Source of the DNA: Cirrosporium novae-zelandiae
Lineage: Eukaryota
Direction of reading: 5' to 3'
Assembly (NCBI GenBank): GCA_026023565.1
Contig: JAPETS010000027.1
Location: forward strand, 186,001 to 250,000
DNA: 64,000 nt
In this document: positions 13,037 through 24,617 of the stretch, piece by piece
Layout of the letters: each line of letters starts with the position of its first letter
How positions within the stretch are numbered: position 1 is the first letter of the stretch
Notes under the pieces: generated by a model
The model's input: only the letters and a program-made list of their open reading frames with translations
Told to the model about the DNA's origin: nothing
Databases searched by the model: none
Program-made: the position numbers and the translations under genes

Positions 13037-16000
13037 AGTGAATGATAGCTATGAAAGATGAGTTAATAGCAACTATTGGAATTGCAAGCCTTTATATCTT
13101 ATATTACTAATGCATTCTCTCTTTCATAGTTTAGTGCTCTCTAGTCTTTGAGCTTTTAGAAACGTCATGGCCGGCAGAAGCTAGGATATCGCGGTCACCT
13201 CATCATTCAACGATCGACGGCGGGCGAAACCTTGAATGTGGTGGCGCATACCTTATTCGGCATTCAAATTAGCCTCTAAGGAATTGTATGGCGCAATAGC
13301 AATGTGATTTTGAAGTGACAAGCTCTAGCAGACTGCAAATGATGCTTTCTTTTGATGTGTGTGTGTGGAAAGGAGATGCAGCTTTTGTCATCCTGTGTGA
13401 CAGAGACACGAGAGCATGGAGAGATTAGAATTAAGGTGCTGATAATTACGTCATAGTTTCCTGTGCTTCATGTGTATAAGTCCCGAAGAGGGAATGGCCT
13501 TTCCTTGTTCATCTATCAGACCCTCAAAGCTCTGGAACCAGACCGCTCGGACTTTACTAGTAGGAGTTCAGGCCATTGACTGTCAGCTAACCACCATGAA
13601 TGCTTCCTCTAGATATCGCTTCCTTTCGGTGAAACCATCAAACATCTTTGTTAGATCTCCGATGACTTCCATCCATCAATTTATTTAGCATGAAGCCCAG
13701 AAGGATCCCGCATAAAAATGTGCTGGTCACTTCAAACGGGCATTATGGATTATGCAAGGGAGTTTTAATGCAAGATAAAACAATTTCACCCACTGCTACT
13801 CGGGAACCACACTATTAATCAATTATTGTGCCTGGAGATTCATAGATATTAAATTTTCAACGATACACGGCTTTGTACCTTGCATCAAATAAGATAGTAC
13901 TAAATTAATGAGAAATGTTTATTCATTATTTATCTGGAGGCTCCATAGGCTTGGGGCCACAATCGGCGATAGGAACTATTTACTCCCAAGTAGCAATAGG
14001 ATGCATTATACCGTCTTCTTGCCATCTGCTATTCTAAAGATGAATTATCAGCTTTCTTTCTCAAGCATCCATGATCCTGACTGGCATCCAATCTTGCTCT
14101 TCTGGCTCCAAGTATAGTCAAGGGAACCTCCTAGTTAAATATTCACATGTAGAAGTAAAGAAATCTTGTTTGGCCTTGATATTGGGTCCTTAGAAAGACA
14201 TACCTTTCTATTTCTCTATTCCTTGAGTAGCAACACCTACCCACCTACCCATCAATATATATTTCCAAATAGTATCCCCTCAACAAACATCTTAATATAC
14301 TATATTCTTTCAGGTACAGACTTCAAGAGAATCAAATAGTCCCTTATTCTATCGGTTTGATACCAACAAGGTACCCTTCAGTGGGAGCTGAATATACGTT
14401 CCGAAACTCAACCTTTAGAGCTCAGGTGAATTCGACGGGCCGTGTCGGTTGTGTGTTGGAGAGGAGAGTTGCTCCCTGGTTAATTTAACATTTGCGGGCG
14501 AAATTGACCAGCCTAAGGTACGTAGGTCTCAACTGCATAGGAACCAGGCCATTGCTAACCAGCCTACCTTTAGAAGCAGATTTTCGATGGAATGGGAACT
14601 TCACAAGTCTACCAGCCCCTTGGAGGTGGAACGTTCGCGACTAGGTGTGACATCCTATAAATTTTTATTAGAGAAAGTCACTAAATATCGGTAGGCTCTA
14701 TAAGCCATCGTCGTCCTAATAACGAACATGCGACTTCGGTTCAAACTTTCAACACACATCCTTTTCAGGGAAATGCCAGTAATTCATCTGATAGACCTGA
14801 GATATGGCGCTGTGTTGAATGCAATTATTGCACATGCGGGACATCTTGTTCGAATTGCGGCAGAGCTAGGCCTGCACTAAAAAATAAATCGAACGGCAAA
14901 CCTTTTGAGCTCGTGGCCAACAATCCAATACTAAGCATAACGTACGATGCTACATCAGGCCCTAAATGTTTTTCTTACCAACAACGAGACTAGGACTGCA
15001 ATCACAATCGCCCTTGTTAGTATTGTAGCTTGATTGGTTATTTATGTCAATATCTGAAAGACATCTTTAACCGTCGTGCTCAGTGCTGACCAGAAGGTCC
15101 TCAGGCTCTGGACTTGGGAGAAATTATCCCCAAAACAACCTCATCTAAAGCATGCGCGACACCGATATCGAAAGATTCTCCCTTATCTAGCAATACAAAG
15201 AGCTGCTAGCAGATGTTGCCAAGGCTAAAAAAGCTGTGAGACGGAACATGACAGCATGTTTGGATGCGATTCCATCTCGGCCCTTTAGCGGTGCCAGTGA
15301 CTTACCCATTATTTCGAAATGGTAGTGACCCTCGGTTGTATGCCTACACGTCTCGGACCAAGGCAAAGGACGAAACCTTCGGTTACTTTCATCTACAATT
15401 ATATTCCGACCCATTTGCAACTACCCGAAATATCTATGCAGATCGCAATTTCTCTCCATCACGACTTGGGGTCAAGAGAACAAGAGATGAATGCCGTTGG
15501 TGAAACGTCTTGATTTTCTGGGAGGCCTTGAAAGTATGAGCGACATGAGCAGAAGCCATGCTAATATAAGCTTTGATCTCGAGTATTCCTTTTCCTTAGT
15601 CTTTTTTTAGATAATATACCTAGGTAGTTAGCAATATTTTCCAGAGATGGCCACACAAATAGGGTGAGAGTGAATACTCTGCCTAGAATGAATAATTAAA
15701 TAGCTGTTGAAGAATTGAATAGCATTTGATAGTATTAAGCATTCTAGAATGGACCTGCTTAAAGAAATATTTCTCAATTGTGCTGGGATATATTGACGGA
15801 AGTAGTGCAGGTTACCGATCAAACGTCATGTGAAGACATATAGTTTAATAAATATGTTGTCTAACCCCTTAACATATAACTATAGTACAGCAGGGTACCT
15901 AGGTCAAGAAATTTATTGATAGCAAAAGATGTTATTCTGTGAACCTTTTAAATCGCCGAATATATAATTGACTAAACCGCAATAGGAAAGTATCCTAGGA

Positions 16001-16119
16001 CAATCCTTGAAATAAGGGTGAAACTAATTAAATGCAAATCCTTTCGAGTTACGGATCCACCATCAGGTCATTATTCATCTATTCATCAGGAAGATCAGAT
16101 GAACAGATGAACAGGGCAC

Positions 16120-16165
16120 CTGGGGGAACTCCAGAGTGGATACTGGTGGAGAGCGGAGTCTGGAG
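16120..16165. promoter_or_regulatory. Cluster of five CreA/Mig1-type SYGGRG matches upstream of glycogen synthase
   Basis: CTGGGG 16120, CTCCAG (reverse strand) 16129, GTGGAG 16146, GCGGAG 16153, CTGGAG 16160. Confidence 0.4.
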
Positions 16166-17001
16166 AAAGCCTGCCAGAGTTGAGTGCTGAAGTCCCGCTA
16201 CGCCTGTCTACTTTTTTCTCTTCATATAGGGAGCAATTGTCGTTCCTTGCCGTAAGTACCAAGTAATATGTAGACTCGAAAGTAAAAGAAAGCCGAAAGG
16301 ATGAAATCTAGGTACCTAGGTACTCTTAACCTGTGGTCGGCATAATATACTTCCTTTAAAAGATAGACTGCAATATTAAATTATCTTAAATGATATTAGT
16401 TTCAATTGGCCCAATGGGTTAGATGGTTACCTAGGTAATGTGTTAGCATGTTAACATAATACCTAGGTACTGTGGTATAATCTTGGCATAGGTGGCACTG
16501 TCCACCAATGCCACCAGTGCCACTCAGTACCAGCCTCCGTCATTTCTCCGCCCGCAACGTGGGGAGAGTGAACTTGAATAACGAGTAACCCGAACCTTGG
16601 AGCTCGCAAAGTAACAGTGAGAGAGAGAGTGGCAGGTGCTCAAGCTGCCCTCGTTCAATATTTCCCTGCTTAACCCGCAAGAGCCTGACTTGTCGAAAAA
16701 ATTTTGTCTCTCCACTCTCACTCTCAATTTCTTTCAATTGGTCGGTTCAAATTCACTTTTCCCACGATAATAATAACCCCCCTTCTATTGCGTCGCGATT
16801 AGTGAGTGATGCATGCTTGGTGAACTGGTGCTCAAAGAGAGAGCACTGGATCGCTGCATCCAACACGCGATTCCTTCTTCCAAATTATTCTCCCGCACCT
16901 CATCTTCAATTTATTTTCTTTGTGCGCCAGATCTCAAAAACAAACCCTTTGTTCAGTATTGGGTCTAGTCTAAGTGCTTCTGGTGGGGAAATCATCTAAT
17001 C

Positions 17002-19420
17002 ATGGATGGCGTGAACGGCGACGAGCCCAAGCGAGATGTCAAGAATCATTTATTGTTCGAGGTCTCGACTGAGGTAGCCAACAGAGGTAAGGCCTACTAT
17101 TCACACACAAAGTAATATGTATATGTGTCGCTAACACATCGCTAGTGGGTGGTATCTATTCAGTTCTAAAATCCAAAGCTCCCGTCACAACCGCCGAATA
17201 TGGCGAGCGTTATACTCTCATTGGGCCACTCAACAAGACATCGGTATGCATTCCATGTCGAATGTCTTAGACATTGTCTGACTTATAGTAGGCTGCAGTG
17301 GAAGTGGAAGAGCTCGAGCCTGCAGTGCCTGAAATGGCCAAGACAATCGCAGCTATGAAAGGCCGTGGAATTCATCTTGTTTATGGCAGATGGTTAATTG
17401 AAGGCGCTCCAAGAGTCCTTCTTATTGATACCAGTACGGGCTACAGGTACCTCGATGATTGGAAAGGCGACCTGTGGTCTGTGGCAGGTATACCTTCTCC
17501 GTCCGGTGATTCAGAGACCAATGAAGCCGTTGTTTTTGGTTATCTAGTTGCATGGTTCTTGGGTGAAGTAGGAAATATCTTGCTCTGTTAATCAAACCCA
17601 CGCTGACAGCTAGCTCCAAGTACATATCCCACGAAACCCACAAGGCCGTTGTGGTTCAATTCCATGAGTGGCTAGCTGGTGTTGCTCTTCCCCTTTGTAA
17701 GGCTCGAAAGATTGATGTTACTACAATTTTCACTACTCACGCTACACTTCTCGGAAGATATCTTTGTGCTGGATCAGTCGATTTCTACAACAATCTTCAG
17801 TACTTTGATGTCGATGCTGAAGCAGGAAAGCGAGGAATTTACCACCGCTATTGTGTTGAGCGTGCAGCAGCACATTCAGCTGATGTTTTCACAACTGTAT
17901 CCCATATCACTGCCTATGAGAGCGAGCACCTTCTAAAGCGCAAGCCTGATGGTGTTCTACCAAACGGGATGAATGTTAAGAAATTCTCGGCAATCCATGA
18001 ATTCCAAAATTTGCACCAGGTTGCAAAAGAAAAGATTCATGATTTTGTACGTGGTCACTTCTATGGGCATAATGATTGGGATCAGGAAAATACCCTCTAT
18101 TTCTTTACGGCTGGCCGATATGAATACCGTAACAAAGGCGTGGACATGTTTATTGAAGGTCTAGCTAGGCTGAATCATCGACTGAAGGTATCTGGATCAA
18201 AGACTACTGTGGTGGCTTTTATCATTCTCCCTGGTCAAACAACCTCACTAACGGTGGAAGCCTTAAAAGGTCAAGCCGTGATTAAGTCACTTCATGATAC
18301 TGTTAATGCAATCTCCAAGAATGTCAGCAAACGACTATTCGAGCGAGGATTGGGATGGCATGAGGGTAAGGACTTGCCCGACGAAAAGAATCTTCTAAGC
18401 AATCAAGACCGGATTATGTTAAAGCGACGACTGTTTGCGTTGAAGCGACGTACTCTTCCACCAATTGTCACTCATAACATGGCCAATGATGCTGATGACC
18501 CAGTCCTTAACCAATTACGACGCGTCCAGCTCTTCAACCAGTCCTCGGATCGTGTCAAGGTTGTCTTTCACCCTGAATTTCTGAATTCATCCAGTCCTAT
18601 TCTTCCTCTGGATTATGATGACTTTGTGCGTGGTACACACCTTGGTGTTTTCTCTTCGTATTATGAGCCTTGGGGTTACACTCCTGCCGAATGTACTGTG
18701 ATGGGTGTTCCAAGCATAACGACGAATCTTTCTGGGTTTGGCTGTTACATGGAGGAATTAATAGAAAACTCGGAGGATTACGGAATCTACATTGTTGACC
18801 GTCGGATGAAGGGGGTGGATGATTCAGTCAACCAACTTACTGAATTTATGTTCGACTTTGCCAACAAGAGTCGCAGGCAACGTATCAACCAAAGGAATCG
18901 AACAGAGAGATTGAGTGATCTCTTGGATTGGAAGCGGATGGGTATGGAGTATGTGAAAGCCAGACAATTAGCATTACGCAGAGGTTCGTTACTAGCTTGC
19001 TCTTTGCGAGACTTGAAATTAACATGATTTCAGCATACCCTACATCCTTTACAGATGATGTCGATGACGAAGAACTCTTTGCACAAACCGAGCACAAGAT
19101 TACCCGACCGCTTTCTGTACCTGGTTCACCAAGAGATCGATCCGGCCTTATGACTCCCGGCGACTTCGCTACTTTACAGGAAGGACGGGAAGGCCTAAGC
19201 ACCGAGGATTACATTGCTTGGAGATTGCCGTAAGTAGTCTTCGCTTTAATCTCATAAAAATTCGGCACTGACCTTGGTAATTACTCTTAGCAGCGAAGAG
19301 GAAGAACCTGAAGACTACCCATTCCCACTCACTCTCCGATTAAAGAAAGGAGGTCCTAATTCTCCAGCTGAACCAAGTACTCCTCCTGGTGTCAATGGTA
19401 CCAAGCAATATGCACAGTAA
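17002..19420 (+). CDS. GSY1: Glycogen synthase (GT3), five introns
   Basis: '[23 protein letters not shown]', 'FHEWLAG', '[12 protein letters not shown]', '[21 protein letters not shown]', C-terminal 'SVPGSPR' phosphosites; introns start near 17087, 17244, 17568, 18984 and 19230; stop TAA 19418-19420. Confidence 0.97.
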
Positions 19421-20122
19421 TACGAACCCGCGAGCAAATCTTACATCTACCATGTATCGACAGCAAGAGTCTTCAATCTTTGAGGGCCGAGAATTCGGAA
19501 TCAAGGTAAAAATCTGGGTAGAAGGATCAGAATGATTTGCAGGAGGAAATACGTGATTGATGGCCTCTCATCAACTTTGGAGATTCGGATGACATGTACC
19601 TTATGCGTTGCAACGGTCTTTACGGTTGTTGAACATTCACGGGAAAATATTTTCTCGATATGTACATCATACAATGACCCTTTCAACTCTTTTTATGATC
19701 CAATTTTTTTGTCCTCTTTGCATCTTCGTTTTACTTTCTTACTCTCCTTATTATTGTTCTTGATTAGTGCACCACCATAATCAGCAAGCCATGATTTTCC
19801 ATTTTCTGCTGTATTTGGTACAAGGCATCAGCGATTTTATTCTCTGGCTCAGACTACAGTCTACGTAGTTCGCACGTACACATACATTACTATCAATTGT
19901 ATTCTATAGGAAGTTCTACGAGGCTCAAAGAAGATAAATATTCAAATTTTTATTCAATTGGTATCAAAGGACAAAAAATTTATCTCTTAGGGGCAGTTCT
20001 TTCTGTAGGAAGCTGCTAACAATCGAGGGGCAGCTTTCTGGCGATTGGACACTTCGAACAGTCTGAACAGTCATAGTGCCTTCTTCGGAGTAGAATGCCC
20101 CTTTTCTGTTTCGCAAGAGTAT

Positions 20123-21221
20123 CTATTTCGTCCTCTTGTAAATCTTTTCCAAATAAGCTTCAAAGATTCTCTTCGGGAGTCCCTTGCTTTCATCCACCTC
20201 GGAAATCAGTGACCTTATCTTTCCCACTACATTTTCTTCATACACTTTATATGCGCCCTCGAGATTTAACTCTTCGAAAACCTTCTTGACTTCTTTTTCC
20301 TTTTCTGCATCTTTGCGGCCATAGCAGCGTTCTAGGATTTCCATCTGCTGGGGGTTCACTTTCTGCAGGGCCTGGTTGATGAGCCATGAGCACTTGTTGT
20401 CCTGGATGTCTGTGCCAATCTTTCCGATAACTTCCGGACTGCCGAAGTTGTCGAGGTAGTCGTCTTGTATTTGGAAGTATTCACCCAATGGGATGAGGAT
20501 CTTACGCGCCTGTTCGAGGTTTGCGTCCGTCGCCACGCCCATGAGATGCATGGCTAGAGCTACAGGGAGGTAGAAACTGTAGAATGCAGTTTTGTAGTGA
20601 ACGATGAAGACATATTTCTCCATACTGAAATTAGAGAGGTCAACTTTATCTTCGGGTGCCGTGATCAAGTCGCAGAGCTGTCCGCACTCGGTCTGAAATG
20701 TGCATTCATGGAAGAGCTCAATGAGGGGAAGGTAGCAAGGTAGGGAGCGGAAGTGTTTTTTCAGGAGGATATAGATGGATGATTCGAGCATGAAGGCATC
20801 ATTAATGGCGATCATGCCGACGCCGGATTGGCGGTACCAGCAGGGTTGGCCGCGGCGCGTTATACTGCTATCCATGATGTCGTCGGAGACGAGGAAGAAG
20901 GCTTGGAGGAGTTCCACCATCCAGCCAAGGGTGGAGGAGAGGAATTGGGTGTGTTCATCGAGAGGTTTGGAGGAAATGATAGTTGCTGTATCTATCACTG
21001 AGAGCCCACGATTACATTTTCCGCCAATGGTATTAGCATTGAGGTTCTAAGGAGAGAGAAAAAGTTAATATGCTGTCAATTGAAATACTTGGAAGAGTGA
21101 GGAATACCTTTTCATACCACTCCGATGCATTCTTAGGAAGTCCATAAGAATTTGCATGACTCTTTAAATCCTCTACCAATGTGGGGAAAACAGACTCGAA
21201 TTCTTTGAGAGTGGCAGGCAT
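20123..21221 (-). CDS. ERG20: Farnesyl diphosphate synthase; exons 21221-21108 and 21046-20123 (possible upstream in-frame ATG at 21359)
   Basis: Spliced 'GGKCNRG', first Asp-rich motif '[10 protein letters not shown]', second 'QIQDDYLD', '[14 protein letters not shown]'. Confidence 0.96.
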
Positions 21222-21640
21222 TGTGGCGAAGAATTGACGGGGATAAGAGGATAATTGATAATGTTGTAAGAATACTGCGAGGGATCTGAGTGGAGAGGTA
21301 GAAGAATAAGTATGAGTAGCTATAAGGGAATGTGCAGCGAGAAATCGCAAGGGACTCATCCCACAATTGCCATTGCAATTATTTTGGACTGGACGTGGGG
21401 CACGGCGGTGAGGGGCCGATATGGACCAACAACGTCAGGCGCAGGAACAGAAGAATTCCCGAGCCTTAGAACCTTTTACCTAAAGGGGAATCTCCTTCCA
21501 ATCCCTCTCTACATGCTTTCTAGAGTAGATAGTAATCAATTGGTTTCTGTTATGTATTAACTGATAAACCATTATTATAAGTAGATTAGATATCGGAGAT
21601 AAAAGGGCGATTAGTACAGTAGTTGATTTCACGGACATAA

Positions 21641-21666
21641 CACGTGCGACGCGTTCACACCCGCGT
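21641..21666. promoter_or_regulatory. E-box (CACGTG) plus MCB-like ACGCGT/CGCGT sites in the ERG20/CDC23 divergent promoter
   Basis: CACGTG 21641-21646, ACGCGT 21649-21654, CGCGT 21662-21666. Confidence 0.4.
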
Positions 21667-21808
21667 TCCACCGAAAAGTTCAGCATTGTGTAACCTCAAC
21701 TGTTATCACAGAGCTTTAATATTCGCCTATTCTTGTCTAGCAAATCAAGCCGTGACCTATCCATTGATCTCCCTGGGAGATGAAGATAGGTGACTAATAT
21801 TAGTAGCA

Positions 21809-23975
21809 ATGTCCGGCCTTTCTGCCCAAGAAGTAGAGCGACTTCGTTCTACACTGGAGGATGCTGTTGTGAAATGTTCAGAGAGATGTCTCTACCAATC
21901 TGCAAAATGGTATGAATCTCCCACGGGAAGACATGAAAGTAGAGAGACTGATATGATGACTTGCAAGAAGGGCAGCAGAACTCCTCAATTCCCTTCCCAG
22001 TCCCGAAGATTTCAACCTTGGCTCTGAGACTGATGCCGACTCTCCTATGGAAAATGCTGAACCTATACTACCAAGCCCGATTGTTATAAGCCCAAATGCG
22101 GACCCTGAAGAAGCTCGGTTGGAGGCACAAGAATTACCAAAATATCTCCTGGCAAAATCATATTTCGATTGCCGCGAATATGATCGATGTGCGGCAGTTT
22201 TCCTACCTCATAATTATTTCCAGCCTCATAACGCCACGTCTTCAACCGCTGCAAAATTCCGGGTTCCCCCCGTTTCGAAGAAGGGAAAAGAAAGTGTTAC
22301 ACCATCGAAAGCCGTTCCTAAGAATGAGTTGCCTAAGCTCAGCCAAAAAACTCTATTTTTGGCATTGTATGCAAAGTACATGGCCGGTGAGAAGCGAAAA
22401 GATGAGGACAGTGAAATGATAATGGGGCCTGCGGATGGGGGTGTCACAATTAATCGAGAGCTGGTCGGTATCCAACGAAGCTTAGAAGGCTGGTTTGCCA
22501 GTAGGCAAAGCATCACAGATAAAGGGTCTGATCAAGGCTGGCTTGAATACCTTTACGGCATTGCTCTTTCAAAAGGAAAGGTTGAACAAGAAGCAAAGAG
22601 ATGGCTATTAAAAAGCGTCCATTTATATCAATATAACTGGGGTGCATGGCAAGAATTGAGTAATCTGATTGGAAGTGTGGATGAGGTATGATCCAGTTCC
22701 TTCGCACAAACTCTCTGTATCTGGCTGACTATCATTCTTAGCTCAATACTCTCAAGCCGCAGTTGCCCCAAAATCTCATTACTTTGATATTTTGTCTATT
22801 TACAAGCCAAGAACTTTACCAGGCAACGCAAGACGCTCATGATCAACTCAATGGACTGGAGACGGTCTTTCCTCATAGTCAATTCCTCAAAGTTCAACGA
22901 GCGCTGCTGTTATATCATTCGAAAGGTCAGAAACATATCCAACTACACTAAGTTTTACAATTGACATCTTGCAGATTTTGAGGAGGCTGAAGATATTTTC
23001 TTCAAGCTCTCACACCAAGATCCTTACCGTCTCGACTCCCTTGACGCCTATTCAAATGTTCTGTTTGTGCTGGGTAATAGACCGAAGCTTGCTTTCATTG
23101 CTCAAATTGCAACCGCAACGGATAAATTTCGTCCCGAAACGTGTTGTGTAGTTGGGAATTACTATGCCATCAAATCCGAACATGAGAAGGCAGTGATGTA
23201 TTTCCGGAGAGCTTTGACTCTGGATCGGTCTTTCCTGGATGCATGGACGCTTATGGGACACGAATATGTCGAAATGAAGAACACTCATGCCGCCATAGAA
23301 AGTTATCGACGTGCTGTTGACACTAACCGTAAAGACTATCGAGCATGGTATGGGCTTGGTCAAGCATACGAAATGTTGGAAATGCACTTCTACGGATTGT
23401 ATTATTATCAAAGAGCAGCAAGTTTAAAACCCTTGGATCCCAAAATGTGGCAAGCAGTAGGTGGTTGTTATGCTAGAATGGGAAGGGTTCAGCACGGCAT
23501 AAAGGCATTGAAACGAGCATTGATCGCAGGCACATATTATGAAACCGGTACAACCTCCTCCTTTGGCTCACGTGAAAGTGATCAACAGCTTGCATCGCAT
23601 GGCTATATGGACCCCGAGATATTGCATGAGATTGCTCGACTTTATGAAAGACTCGACGGTGGAAAGGAACAGGCTGCGGAATACATGGAACTTTGCCTAG
23701 CGCAGGAAACCGGCCCTAACGCAGATGACGATGAAGGAGGTGGAGGTGGGTTAGGTGTGACACAGACCACAAGCAGAGCCAGACACTGGCTGGCCAAGTG
23801 GTATTACGAAAGAGAGGATCTAGAACGTGCTCACCAGTTAGCAACGGAACTCTGTCAGGATGGTGTCGATGTGGAAGACGCAAAGGCATTGATTAGAGAT
23901 ATTAGGGCAAGGCAAGAGAGAATCAGGGAGGAAGACAACCCCAATAATTCTTCTCTTTACGAGCTTAATGAGTAA
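21809..23975 (+). CDS. CDC23: Anaphase-promoting complex subunit 8 (Cdc23/Cut23), TPR protein; introns about 21910-21970, 22686-22741, 22926-22974
   Basis: '[17 protein letters not shown]', '[17 protein letters not shown]', '[13 protein letters not shown]', '[26 protein letters not shown]', '[13 protein letters not shown]'. Confidence 0.96.
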
Positions 23976-24617
23976 TGCGTGTTGTTTATGGACGCGGTTT
24001 GATTTAGGAGCTAAAATACCAAGTGCTTTGTTAACTGTATTTTTGGTAGCATCTATAAAGTAGGTAGGGGTATAATGAAGAAAATGCATCAATTGGCTAT
24101 TATCGTTTACTAAAAGAAGCAATCTTGCAGGCCGGATAGTTGATTAATAAGGGACGTCGTCTATTAAAATGTCCGACGTGCCGAGTATCTACAAACCCCC
24201 GAGCTTTTTGCTTCGCTTTTCTCCAACCTCCCCTTATGCATCAAGTAATTATGACATACTTGGTACATCCTCTCCCAATGGCGTCGAACCAGTCGATTCT
24301 TTTACAAAGCCAAGTTGTTCTAACGTGAGGGGAATTAATGGAAAAGTCCCCTACCTGACGTCAATGAGGACGGGGTAGTCTGAACTGGTACAACGTTCTA
24401 CAAGTCCTGCTCAATATATCAACCCTTAATCCCAGTTATAACCGGTTACTTTGTCGTACCTCACCTACCTCGTCCCCCTTGCGGCACACACATTATTTCT
24501 AGATTTAACTGTTGTGTCAGCAAACCTAGTGTCATCTTCTAGACACATTTCTTATACATAACGTTTTGTCATCCAGCTCAAGAATCTAGAATACAAATAA
24601 CCCCCTCACTGAACCCC

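Noticed and set aside
24330..24380. GAAAAGTCCCC, similar to the RNase MRP CR-I motif
   Set aside because: No matching CR-V (..ATGGGGCT..) within a plausible distance downstream
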